From an uncultured delta proteobacterium (GTDB lineage: Bacteria; Desulfobacterota; Binatia; Binatales; Binataceae): a stretch of 64,000 nucleotides of DNA. Under the pieces are notes generated by a model that was not told the origin of the DNA, did not search any database, and was given only the letters and a program-made list of their open reading frames with translations. The translations under genes and the position numbers were made by a program. Below are positions 38,239 to 47,582 of this stretch, in pieces (the first letter of the stretch is position 1; each line of letters starts with the position of its first letter). The stretch is from positions 780,730 to 844,729 of the forward strand of contig CAWAKE010000003.1 of the NCBI GenBank assembly GCA_963782535.1. Direction: 5' to 3'.

Positions 38239-39039
38239 CTAGGAGCCGCCGTTGCGGGCAAAGGTGATACCGGTGGAGGGGCCGGGTTCCGGAAGATACG
38301 CCAGCGGATTTTCGGCCTGGTTATGGTAACGGACCTCGAAATGGAGATTGGGGCCGGTGGCGCGTCCGCTCGAGCCGATCTCGGCGATTTCCTGATCGCG
38401 CGCGACGCTGTCGCCTTTGCCGACGAAGTTGCGCCGGTTATGGGCATAGACCGTAACATAGCCGCCGCTATGCCGGATGATAACGACGTTGCCGTAACCG
38501 TGGAGACTGCCCGAAAAGATCACGGTCCCGTTGTCAGCGGCCAGGACGGGAGTGCCGGCGGGCGCAGCGATATCGACTCCATCATGCATCGCGCCATTGC
38601 GCATGCCGAACGGCGAGGAGACGCGGCCGGCAGCCACCGGCCATGCGAGGCGGTGATCGGCGCGCGGAACCGACCAGGGATCGGGCAGACCGAAGACCGA
38701 CGCCGTGGCAGGCGGCAGGGAGGCGTTGTGGAAATGGGCGCCCGGGATAATCAGGACCCGGCCGACGCGAAGACTTCGAGGATCGGTGATGCGATTGGCC
38801 GCCATCAGGCCCTCGACGCTGACTCCGTAGCGGTGGGCGATATGATAAACGGTGTCGCCGGGCGCAACGCAGTAATCGCCGGTAGAGCGCGAAGGGGATC
38901 GATAGGGCTCGCTCGCAGGAGCTGGAGAGGCCTGACTGGCGCATCCGGCGGCGGCGATGACGAGCGCCAAAGTCAATCCTATGTGCCCGATGTGCGGTTT
39001 CAGCAGTGCATGCCGAACGAAGAATCGCATCCCCACCAC
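38239..39039 (-). CDS. LysM domain-containing M23 family peptidase (lipoprotein)
   Basis: lipobox AAGC; LysM (YCVAPGDTVYHIAHRYGVS); M23 motifs (HDGVDIAAPAGTPV, HLHFE). Confidence 0.8.
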   Translation of the reverse strand: MVGMRFFVRHALLKPHIGHIGLTLALVIAAAGCASQASPAPASEPYRSPSRSTGDYCVAPGDTVYHIAHRYGVSVEGLMAANRITDPRSLRVGRVLIIPGAHFHNASLPPATASVFGLPDPWSVPRADHRLAWPVAAGRVSSPFGMRNGAMHDGVDIAAPAGTPVLAADNGTVIFSGSLHGYGNVVIIRHSGGYVTVYAHNRRNFVGKGDSVARDQEIAEIGSSGRATGPNLHFEVRYHNQAENPLAYLPEPGPSTGITFARNGGS

Positions 39040-39115
39040 CTCATCACACCCTCCTGAAACATCGCTTGCATGCGCACGTCCACCCCATCGGGCCGCGCCG
39101 CGTGGCGCAGCATGA

Positions 39116-39787
39116 TCAGGCTGGAAATCCGCATTTGCCGGTCATCAGCACGAACCGGCATTCACCGAAATATTCCTCGCGCCAGGAGCCGTCCTCGCGG
39201 CTGACGCGCACCAGAGTCTGCAATTCGTCTTCGCCGACCGGAGCAACCAGGCGCCCGCGCGGGCCGAGTTGATCGAGCAGGGGACGGGCGATCGCCGGCA
39301 TCGCAGCAGTGACGATAATCGCGTCGAAGGGGGCAGCCTCGGGCCATCCGTCTGAACCGTCGCCACAGCGCAGATGAAGGTTATCGATCGCCATGGCGGA
39401 AGTGATTGCGTGCGCCCGGTCAAAAAGGTCCGGGATTACCTCGATCGAATAAACCTCGGCGGCGAGGCGGGCCAGAACGGCGGCCTGATAGCCCGAGCCG
39501 GTGCCGATTTCGAGCACGCGCTCGGCGCCGCGGAGCATCGCAACTTCGCACATCAAGGCGACCATGTAGGGTTGCGAAATAGTTTGCGCGGAGCCGATCG
39601 GCATGGGCCCGTCGTCGTAAGCGTGGTCCGCAAATTCGGCCGGTATGAAGCGATCGCGCGCGACCGTGCGCATCGCGGACAGCACCCGGCGGTCGCTGAT
39701 GCCGCGCTGTTCGAGTTGTTCGGCCACCATGCGTTCGCGGGCCTCGGTTAAATCCAGTGCCATGGCAATCTCACCGGTACTGATCAC
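39116..39787 (-). CDS. pcm: protein-L-isoaspartate O-methyltransferase
   Basis: TISQPYMVA and EIGTGSGYQAAVLA motifs. Confidence 0.85.
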   Translation of the reverse strand: MISTGEIAMALDLTEARERMVAEQLEQRGISDRRVLSAMRTVARDRFIPAEFADHAYDDGPMPIGSAQTISQPYMVALMCEVAMLRGAERVLEIGTGSGYQAAVLARLAAEVYSIEVIPDLFDRAHAITSAMAIDNLHLRCGDGSDGWPEAAPFDAIIVTAAMPAIARPLLDQLGPRGRLVAPVGEDELQTLVRVSREDGSWREEYFGECRFVLMTGKCGFPA

Positions 39788-39844
39788 CAGTACATATTAT
39801 AGCGCCGGAGGCAATATAGGGGAGAGCGCAAGCCGCGCATGGCG

Positions 39845-41197
39845 TCACGGTTGCGGGAGCCGTGAGAGCACGCGATCGACCATCGTGGGGGCGAGGCCGA
39901 GGTAGTTGGCGGGATCGAGCAGACGCTCTAGCGCCGCGCGATCGAACACGCGCGCGACCTCATCGTCGGCGGCGAGCAGGTCGAGCAGGGGGCTCGCGTT
40001 GGCCTGCGCGCGGCGGCATATATCCGACACCAGGTGATGTGCGCGTTCGCGGCCGAGCGCCGGAGCGAGCGCCATCATGATGGCCTCAGCGACGATTTGA
40101 CCGCCGGTAAGGTCGAGGTTGGCTCGCATCCGCGCGGCGTCAACCTGCAATCCGGTGATTAGCGCTCGCGAATGGGCGAGGGCGCCGGAGGCGAGCAGGA
40201 AGGTCTCGGGGATGGCGACCCACTCGATTTGCCAGGGACCGCTCGCGCGTTCGTGATCCTCGACCATCGCTTCGAGCAGCGCTGCCACCTGCTGACGGAC
40301 GATTGAAGTCGCGGCAAGGATGTAGTTGCAAGCGACTGGATTGCGTTTTTGCGGCATGGTCGAGCTGGAACCGCGGCCTGGCGCGAAGATCTCGAAGGCT
40401 TCGGCGACTTCGGTCTGCATCATCAACTTCACGTCGGTGGCGATCTTGCCCAGCGTGCCGGTGACTATCGCAAGGAAGCATCCGGCCTCGGCGAAGCGAT
40501 CGCGATGGGTGTGCCATGCGATCTCGGGCTGGGCCAGGCCGAGTTCGTCCATCAGCGCAGCTTGCACCTCGAGCCCGCGCGCACCGAGGGCGGCGAGGGT
40601 TCCGGCGGCCCCGCCGAATTGACCGGTGAGCAAGCGCGGACGAATTTCGATTAGTCGCGCGCGATGACGCTCGATAGCGGCGAGCGCGGCGGCGGCCTTG
40701 TAGCCGAAAGTGATCGGGACGGCCTGCTGGAGATTGGTGCGGCCAGCCATGGGCGAATCGCGGAAGCGACGGGCGAGCGCCGCCAGCGCGCCGGAGATTG
40801 CAGTGAGTTCGGCATCAACGAGCACGAGCGCCTCGCGCATCTGCATGACGGTCGCGGTGTCGGTGAGATCCTGGGTGGTGGCGCCCCAATGGCAGTATTG
40901 GCCGAGGTCGGCTGGGCAGCGCGCGGTGAGTTGCTCGACTACCGGGATGATTGGCGAGCCGACCTGTTCGGTGCGCTGGCGGAGCGTTTCGAAGTCGATA
41001 TTTTCGACCAGCGCTTGAGCGCTGATGGCGGCCGCTGCAGCGTCCGGAATGAGACCGAGGCGGGCCTCGACACGGGCCAGCGCGGCTTCGATCGCGAGGT
41101 ACTGGCGGATGCGATTTTCGTCGGAGAAGACCTGGCGCATCGCGGCCGTGCTGAAGAGGTCGCGAAAGATGGCGGAGTCGATCATGGTTGATGGCAT
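39845..41197 (-). CDS. fumarase/aspartase-superfamily lyase (3-carboxy-cis,cis-muconate cycloisomerase / adenylosuccinate-lyase-like)
   Basis: lyase_1 signature region (GSSSTMPQKRNP); start trimmed to ATG 41197 (MPSTMIDSAIF) with GGGAG RBS. Confidence 0.75.
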   Translation of the reverse strand: MPSTMIDSAIFRDLFSTAAMRQVFSDENRIRQYLAIEAALARVEARLGLIPDAAAAAISAQALVENIDFETLRQRTEQVGSPIIPVVEQLTARCPADLGQYCHWGATTQDLTDTATVMQMREALVLVDAELTAISGALAALARRFRDSPMAGRTNLQQAVPITFGYKAAAALAAIERHRARLIEIRPRLLTGQFGGAAGTLAALGARGLEVQAALMDELGLAQPEIAWHTHRDRFAEAGCFLAIVTGTLGKIATDVKLMMQTEVAEAFEIFAPGRGSSSTMPQKRNPVACNYILAATSIVRQQVAALLEAMVEDHERASGPWQIEWVAIPETFLLASGALAHSRALITGLQVDAARMRANLDLTGGQIVAEAIMMALAPALGRERAHHLVSDICRRAQANASPLLDLLAADDEVARVFDRAALERLLDPANYLGLAPTMVDRVLSRLPQP

Positions 41198-41499
41198 CGG
41201 GGACGCTCCCATCGAATGCGGCTGATTCCGCCCGGCCCGGCTGACGGCGCCGCGGCCGGACGCGGAATGCGCAGGGAATGATAGCATCGCGGAGATTTTG
41301 CGCATCGGTGGCGCGCGAGGAATCGCGAATTCGCCGCAGGTCGGTCCGATGTCGATTCTGGTTTTCCTTTCAAATCTGCTTCGGGTTATAGTGGCGCCTG
41401 CGTCGGGTCTAATCGATGGGGAACCGAAGCGGCCACGTTGCGCTTGGCATCGAACCGATGACGTGATTCGACCAAATCAGACGGCGGAGACATCGCTAA

Positions 41500-42291
41500 A
41501 TGGCAGAAAAGGGATTTACTGAAGAGAAGGTTCGCGTCGGAGAGACAGAGCTTCAGGTACTGAAGGCGGGCAAGGGCAAACCGTTGCTCGTGTTCCATGG
41601 CGAGATGGGCTTTTCGGGCCTGCTCAAATGGCACACGGCGCTGGCCGAAAAGCGGACGTTACACATTCCGCTCCATCCGGGCTTCGGCAAAACGCCGCAG
41701 ACGAAGTGGATCATGAATATGCGCGACCTCGGCGCCTTTTACTCGCGCTACATTCGCGAGCAAAAGCTCACGCCGGTTGACGTAATCGGTTTTTCGATGG
41801 GCGGCTGGCTGGCGGCTGAAATGGCGGCGGCCAACTGCGCTCAGTTCAACAAGATGGTCCTGGTAGGAGCGGCCGGGTTGCGTCCGCCCAGCGGCGAGAT
41901 CATGGATATGTTCACTCGCACCGCGCGCGTCTACCTCAACGAAAACGTCCTCGACTATCAAAACACGCCGGAGTTCCCGTCGCTGTTTGGCGGCGAGCAA
42001 ACGCCGGAGCAGTACGAGGAATGGGAAGAGGCGCGGGCCGAGACCGCACGCATAGCATGGGCGCCGTATATGTTCACGGAGAGCCTGCCGCATCTGCTCG
42101 AAAATGTTACCGGGCTGCCGACCTTGCTGCTGTGGGGCAAGCAGGATCAAGTGGTGCCGCTCAGCGTGGCGGAGCTCTATAACAAGCAGATCGCGGGTTC
42201 GAAGCTGGTGAGTTTCGATAAGTGCGGCCACATGCCGGAAATCGAGAAATCGGCGGACTTCATCAAGCAAGTCACGGATTTTCTGGGCTAA
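41500..42291 (+). CDS. alpha/beta-fold serine hydrolase
   Basis: nucleophile elbow GFSMGG; HGxxG-type oxyanion region. Confidence 0.75.
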   Translation: MAEKGFTEEKVRVGETELQVLKAGKGKPLLVFHGEMGFSGLLKWHTALAEKRTLHIPLHPGFGKTPQTKWIMNMRDLGAFYSRYIREQKLTPVDVIGFSMGGWLAAEMAAANCAQFNKMVLVGAAGLRPPSGEIMDMFTRTARVYLNENVLDYQNTPEFPSLFGGEQTPEQYEEWEEARAETARIAWAPYMFTESLPHLLENVTGLPTLLLWGKQDQVVPLSVAELYNKQIAGSKLVSFDKCGHMPEIEKSADFIKQVTDFLG

Positions 42292-42310
42292 CCACAGCGC
42301 GAGGACGGCA

Positions 42311-43615
42311 GTGCATATAATGTGGTTTACGGAACGTGCCTACCATCACGTTCCCGAGGAAGAGGTGCTCAAGCGGCGGAGTTTCTTCGGCGTTCCGAAT
42401 ACCTATTTCGATGCCGCCAAGGGCGCTGTCCTGCTCAACCAGTATCTCGACGAGAAGATCTACACCGACGAGCTCGGGTTTGACGGGGTGATGCTCAATG
42501 AGCATCACGGCACGCCATTTTGCATGGGCGCGGTGATGGATGTCGAAGCGGCGGTGCTGGCGCGGGCGACTAAACGGGTCAAGATCGTGCTGCTGGGAAA
42601 TCCGATTCCGACGGTAGCCAATCCGCTGCGGCTGGCCGAAGAGCTCGCGATGATCGATATGATCTCGGGCGGACGGCTGGTGCCCGGATGGGTGCGCGGA
42701 GCGGGCAGCGAACAGCTCGCGAACAACGCCAACCCGGCGTACAACCGCGAGTACTTCGACGAGGCCCACGATCTGATTCTGGCGGCGTGGACCAAGCCCG
42801 GTCCGTTTCGCTGGGAAGGCAAGCACTTCCACTATCGCTTTGTAAATCCGTGGGTGCTGCCGCTGCAGAAGCCGCACCCGCCGATCTGGATTCCGGGACT
42901 GATCAGCCCCGAGACCGTGAAGTGGTGCGCGGCGCATAAATACCCGTATGTTGCGCTGGCGACGATGCTCGGGCCGACGCTCAAGATGTGGGACATGTAC
43001 ACCACCGAGGCGGCGCGCCATGGCTACCAGGCGGGCCCGGAGAACTTTGGCTATTTGCAGCCAATCTTCGTGCACGAAACCGAGGAGCAGGCCGATGCGC
43101 TCGGGCGGAATTTCCTGTTCGGCGGCGGCTTCGCGAATTTTGCGCGGCCGGAATGGATGTTCCCGCCGGGGTACAATTCCAAAGAGGCCACGCGGCGGCT
43201 CGCGAAGCTCTACTCGAACCCGAATCTGCCGGGCAAGACGCTGATTCCGCAGCATCTGCATTCCCTGAACGACGTCGCGGCGATCAAGAAGGCGGTGTAC
43301 GACAATTACGACAACGCCAAGGAGTCGATGCAGATAATCACCGGTACGCCCAAGACCGTACTGCCGAAGCTGCGCAAGGTGCTCGAGGTGCTGCGTCCGG
43401 GAATCTTCTCGTTCTGGCTCGACGGTCCTGCGCCGCGCGAGGACCGCATGACATGTCTGCGGCTGCTCGGGACCGAAGTGATGCCGGCGGTGCGCGAGAT
43501 CGGTAAAGAGCTCGGCCTGAGCGATCCGTTCGAGGTGAAGCCGGGTTCGCGTCCGCTGCCCTCGAGCGGCATGCCCGATCGGGTGGGTTCGCCGGAGGCC
43601 TTGCAGGCGCTGTAG
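42311..43615 (+). CDS. LLM-class flavin-dependent monooxygenase (long, ~435 aa type), paralogue 1
   Basis: MLNEHHGTPF, MISGGRL and other LLM motifs; tandem paralogue of 43894..45201. Confidence 0.8.
   Translation: MHIMWFTERAYHHVPEEEVLKRRSFFGVPNTYFDAAKGAVLLNQYLDEKIYTDELGFDGVMLNEHHGTPFCMGAVMDVEAAVLARATKRVKIVLLGNPIPTVANPLRLAEELAMIDMISGGRLVPGWVRGAGSEQLANNANPAYNREYFDEAHDLILAAWTKPGPFRWEGKHFHYRFVNPWVLPLQKPHPPIWIPGLISPETVKWCAAHKYPYVALATMLGPTLKMWDMYTTEAARHGYQAGPENFGYLQPIFVHETEEQADALGRNFLFGGGFANFARPEWMFPPGYNSKEATRRLAKLYSNPNLPGKTLIPQHLHSLNDVAAIKKAVYDNYDNAKESMQIITGTPKTVLPKLRKVLEVLRPGIFSFWLDGPAPREDRMTCLRLLGTEVMPAVREIGKELGLSDPFEVKPGSRPLPSSGMPDRVGSPEALQAL
42497..42964 (+). repeat. near-identical core segment shared with 44080..44547 (recent duplication / gene conversion between tandem LLM genes)
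   Basis: about 470 nt with only scattered, mostly synonymous differences between the two copies (compared directly). Confidence 0.8.
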
Positions 43616-43893
43616 TGGCGTCGCGGCGCGAACATCAATGTGGGAGGGCGATTGCGAGCGGCGGATATTATCGGCGATCGAAGCACGGAAATCTCGCCAA
43701 TTCAAACAAGTTTTGATATGGATTAAACAGGTCTAGGGATGAACGTTGCACTCAGCTTGGGAAGGAACCTCGGGAGCACGGGGAAAATTCTGGAGTGTGG
43801 GTGTCGAAGCGCGTCGCGTCGGCCAACAATGGGAACAGCCGGGGCGGCGCCGAAAACGGTTACGAAAGTTAAAGGCTCCGCGGAGGTCAACAA

Positions 43894-45201
43894 ATGCACA
43901 TAATGTTTTTTACGGAAAGAGCGTATCACGCCGTTCCGGAAGACGAGGTCTTCAAGCGCCGCAGCTTTTTCGGCGTGCCCAACAAGTTCTTCGACGCGCC
44001 CACCGGTGCCCGCCTGCTCAACGAATATATCGATGAGAAAATCATCTGCGATGAGCTCGGCTTCGACGGCCTGATGCTCAACGAACATCACGGCACGCCG
44101 TTTTGCATGGGCGCGGTGATGGACGTGGAAGCAGCGGTGCTGGCGCGCGCGACCAAGCGTGCGAAGATCGTGCTGCTGGGAAATCCGATACCGACGGTAG
44201 CCAATCCGTTGCGCATGGCCGAAGAGCTCGCGATGATCGATATGATCTCGGGCGGACGGCTGGTGCCCGGATGGGTGCGCGGAGCGGGTAGCGAACAGCT
44301 CGCAAACAACGCCAACCCGGCATACAACCGCGAGTATTTCGACGAGGCCCACGACCTGATTCTGGCGGCGTGGACCAAGCCCGGTCCGTTTCGCTGGGAG
44401 GGCAAGCACTTCCATTATCGTTTCGTAAATCCGTGGGTGTTGCCGCTGCAGAAGCCGCATCCGCCGATCTGGATTCCGGGCTTGATCAGCCCCGAGACCG
44501 TGAAGTGGTGCGCGGAACACAAGTACCCGTACGTCGCGCTGGCGACGTTGCTCGGGCCGACGCTCGAGATGTTCAACATGTACGCCAAGCGGGCGGCTGA
44601 ACTGGGTTATCAGGCGGGCCCGGAGAATTTCGGCTATCTGCAGCCGGTATTCTGCGCCGATACCGACGAGAAGGCCGAGGAAATGGGCAAGAATTTCCTG
44701 TTCGGCGGCGGTTTCGCGCATTTCGCGCGCCCCGAATGGATGTTCCCTCCCGGATACAACTCGAAGGCGGCCACTCGGCGGCTGGCGGAGCAGGCGGCTA
44801 ACCCGAACCTGCCCGGACAGGTCACCGGAATCATGGACCATGACCCGGTCGATGATGCCGATCTGCTAAAGCTCAAGAAGCAGCTTTACGATACCTATCC
44901 CCAGTGGCTCAAACAGTCGCAGATGATCACCGGCACGCCCAAGACGATCCTGCCGAAACTGCGGCACGTGCTCGAAGTGCTGCGGCCCGGAATCTTCTCG
45001 TTCTGGCTCGACGGCCCCTCGCCGCTCAAAGACCGGCGCCGATGCGTCGAGCTGCTCGGCAAGGAAGTGGTTCCGGCGATGCGCGATATCGGCAAGGAGC
45101 TGGGTCTCGAAGATCCGTTCTCGAGGACGCCCGGCTCGGTCAAGATTAGCGGAAAAGCCGAATCGGTCGGCCGCCCGGATCTGATCGAGGCTTCTGCCTG
45201 A
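43894..45201 (+). CDS. LLM-class flavin-dependent monooxygenase, paralogue 2
   Basis: same architecture as 42311..43615; central ~155 aa nearly identical, termini diverged. Confidence 0.8.
   Translation: MHIMFFTERAYHAVPEDEVFKRRSFFGVPNKFFDAPTGARLLNEYIDEKIICDELGFDGLMLNEHHGTPFCMGAVMDVEAAVLARATKRAKIVLLGNPIPTVANPLRMAEELAMIDMISGGRLVPGWVRGAGSEQLANNANPAYNREYFDEAHDLILAAWTKPGPFRWEGKHFHYRFVNPWVLPLQKPHPPIWIPGLISPETVKWCAEHKYPYVALATLLGPTLEMFNMYAKRAAELGYQAGPENFGYLQPVFCADTDEKAEEMGKNFLFGGGFAHFARPEWMFPPGYNSKAATRRLAEQAANPNLPGQVTGIMDHDPVDDADLLKLKKQLYDTYPQWLKQSQMITGTPKTILPKLRHVLEVLRPGIFSFWLDGPSPLKDRRRCVELLGKEVVPAMRDIGKELGLEDPFSRTPGSVKISGKAESVGRPDLIEASA
44080..44547 (+). repeat. second copy of the near-identical LLM core segment
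   Basis: see 42497..42964. Confidence 0.8.
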
Positions 45202-45286
45202 GCGTTCGAAAATAGGATAATCGCTCTGAATCTGTCCGCGGCGGGTGGTGTGTTGAGCGCCATCCGCCGCGTGTTTTTGGCGAACT

Positions 45287-46123
45287 GTGATGGCCTGGAT
45301 GCGCTCGGTAGACGATCTCGGATTTAAAGTCGAACTGGAGGCCGAGCCGCGCCGTATCGTATCGCTGGTGCCGAGCTGGACCGAGACCCTGTTCGCCTTC
45401 GGCTGCGACAGCGAAATCGTCGGCGTTACGCGTTTTTGCGTTGAACCGGCCGCCGCAGTGGCCGCGGTGCCGAAAATCGGTGGCACCAAAAATCCCGACC
45501 TCAAAGCGATTATCGACCTGAAGCCCGACTTGGTAATCGCCAACGCCGAAGAGAATCGGCGCGAGGATATCGAACAACTGCGCGCCGCCGGGGTCGCGGT
45601 CTTCACGACCTATCCGCGCTCGGTGGCATCGGCGGTCGAGTCGATCCTGAAGCTCGGCAAGGTCGTCGGGCGTCCGGCGCAGGCCGGTGCGATAGTGCGC
45701 GACATCGTGCGGTCGGTCAGCGAAATCGAGACCGGGCTCGGTGCCTGGAGCAAGCTGCGCTTTCGCGTCTTTTGTCCGGTCTGGAAAAACCCCTGGATCG
45801 CGTTTAACGGCGATACTTACGCCCACGATGTGCTGCGTATGGTCGGCTTCAACAATATCTATGCGACGGCGGGCGAGCGTTATCCGCGCACCACGCTCGA
45901 GGAAGCACTCGAGCTGCGGCCCGACTTCGTCCTGCTGCCCGACGAGCCGTATGAATTCGACACCAAGGATGTCGAGGAGCTGAAGCCGCTGCTGCCGCCT
46001 GCGCTTAGCCGGCGCGTCGTGCTGATTGACGGCCGCGACCTCCATTGGTACGGCGCCCGGATGGTAGCCGGGCTGAAGTCGCTTACGGCGCTGCTGGCGC
46101 GGGTGCGGGCCGCAGCCGTTTAG
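45287..46123 (+). CDS. BtuF/TroA-like (cluster A periplasmic-binding-protein fold) cobalamin/iron-chelate-binding protein, no signal peptide
   Basis: motifs of the class III PBP fold (IVSLVPSWTETLF, DLKPDLVIAN); N-terminus is not hydrophobic. Confidence 0.6.
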   Translation: MMAWMRSVDDLGFKVELEAEPRRIVSLVPSWTETLFAFGCDSEIVGVTRFCVEPAAAVAAVPKIGGTKNPDLKAIIDLKPDLVIANAEENRREDIEQLRAAGVAVFTTYPRSVASAVESILKLGKVVGRPAQAGAIVRDIVRSVSEIETGLGAWSKLRFRVFCPVWKNPWIAFNGDTYAHDVLRMVGFNNIYATAGERYPRTTLEEALELRPDFVLLPDEPYEFDTKDVEELKPLLPPALSRRVVLIDGRDLHWYGARMVAGLKSLTALLARVRAAAV

Positions 46124-46264
46124 CCCCGCACCTGCGATTGCCCTTCGCGGTCCGCGTTTGCGCCGCGCTGGCGAACAATACTAAAGAATCTACGATGCCG
46201 ACGCCGATCCCCTGACCGGCGCGAGCTTCATCGCAGCTTCAAACGAATTCGAGGTATATCGACC

Positions 46265-47473
46265 ATGGCCGCAATCGCGCCGCTCAGTGGAATTAAAATT
46301 CTCGACTTGACCAAGCTCGCTCCTGGACCCCATTGCACGATGATTCTCGGCGATCTCGGCGCCGACATAGTCAAGGTCGAAGAGCCCGGTGCGCCCACCG
46401 GACGGCGCGCCGAACAGGCTGGGGCGACCGGCAAGGTCGGGCGCGTGGTGGGCTTCGGATCGGTACCGACGAACGCCCTGGCGCGCAATAAAAAATCGAT
46501 CGGACTGAATTTGAAAAGCGGCCCGGGCAAGGAAATCTACTTGCGGCTGGCGCAACGTGCGGACGTCGTGGTCGAGGAATTTCGGCCGGGCGTGGCCAAG
46601 CGCCTGGGGATCGATTACGAGACCCTGACGGTGCGCAATCCCAAGCTGGTCTATTGCGCGGTCACCGGATTTGGGCAGACCGGACCGTTCAAAAATTATG
46701 TCGGCCACGATTTGAACTACATCGCGACGGCTGGCGCGCTCTCGATGATCGGACGCAAGGATCAGCCGCCCTCGATTCCGCTCAACCTGCTCGCCGACTA
46801 TGCCGGCGGCGGCATGCATGCGGCGATCGGCGTGCTCGCGGCGCTGCTCGCGCGTCACCAGACCGGGCGCGGCCAGTACGTGGATATCGCGATGCTCGAC
46901 GGCACTATGCTGCTGATCGCGCAGGCGCTTTCCACGTATTTCACCACCCAGAAAATCCCCAGGCGCGGATACACTTCGATGGACGGGGCGGCGCCATATT
47001 ACAATCTTTACGAAACCAAAGACGGCAAGATCATTACGATTGGATCGGTCGAGCCATGGTTCTACGCCAACCTCTGCCGCGCGCTCGGCTGCGAGCAATA
47101 CATCACCGACCAGAATAATCACGCGAAATGGACCGAGATGCTCGAACAATTCGCCGCGATCTTCAAGACCCGCACGCGCGACGAATGGTTCGATTACCTG
47201 AGCCAGTCGGACATCTGTGTCGGTAAAATGCTGACGCTCGACGAGCTCGAACACGATCCGCAGATCCGCGCGCGCAACATGATCGTCGAAGTCGAGACGC
47301 CGACGGGCGAGAAGGTCAAGCAGGTCGGAATCTCGATTAAGCTGTCGGAAACCCCGGGTTCGATTCGATCGCTCGCAGCGAAAGTCGGACAGCATACCGA
47401 GGAAGTTCTCGGCGAACTCGGCTACGCGAAAGACGATATCGAACGCTGGCGTGCCAGCGGCGCGATCCGGTAG
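46265..47473 (+). CDS. CoA-transferase family III (CaiB/BaiF; alpha-methylacyl-CoA-racemase-like)
   Basis: GIKILDLT..PGP N-terminus and conserved Asp region. Confidence 0.8.
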   Translation: MAAIAPLSGIKILDLTKLAPGPHCTMILGDLGADIVKVEEPGAPTGRRAEQAGATGKVGRVVGFGSVPTNALARNKKSIGLNLKSGPGKEIYLRLAQRADVVVEEFRPGVAKRLGIDYETLTVRNPKLVYCAVTGFGQTGPFKNYVGHDLNYIATAGALSMIGRKDQPPSIPLNLLADYAGGGMHAAIGVLAALLARHQTGRGQYVDIAMLDGTMLLIAQALSTYFTTQKIPRRGYTSMDGAAPYYNLYETKDGKIITIGSVEPWFYANLCRALGCEQYITDQNNHAKWTEMLEQFAAIFKTRTRDEWFDYLSQSDICVGKMLTLDELEHDPQIRARNMIVEVETPTGEKVKQVGISIKLSETPGSIRSLAAKVGQHTEEVLGELGYAKDDIERWRASGAIR

Positions 47474-47582
47474 GCCGCGAAGTATTTTTATCAGCGCCGG
47501 GCGCTTCCGGGCCCGGCAACGACCGGCGCTTGAGCGCATAGCGCATAGGGCGAATTGTCGGTAAGCGATCGAAATCCGCGTT

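Noticed and set aside
42505-44405. Two identical 105-aa minus-strand ORFs (42505..42822 and 44088..44405)
   Set aside because: They are antisense to the duplicated LLM core. Their identity simply reflects the tandem duplication.
46190-47539. 449-aa antisense ORF opposite the CoA-transferase, and similar long antisense ORFs (7576..8331, 19486..20103, 27357..27965, 29985..30788, 31784..32554, 45146..46045, 48036..48908, 50243..51130, 53787..54725, 55817..56560, 56463..57092, 58853..59998)
   Set aside because: All are mirror ORFs of well-supported genes in GC-rich DNA. They have biased composition (R, A, G, P), no conserved motifs and no plausible RBS.
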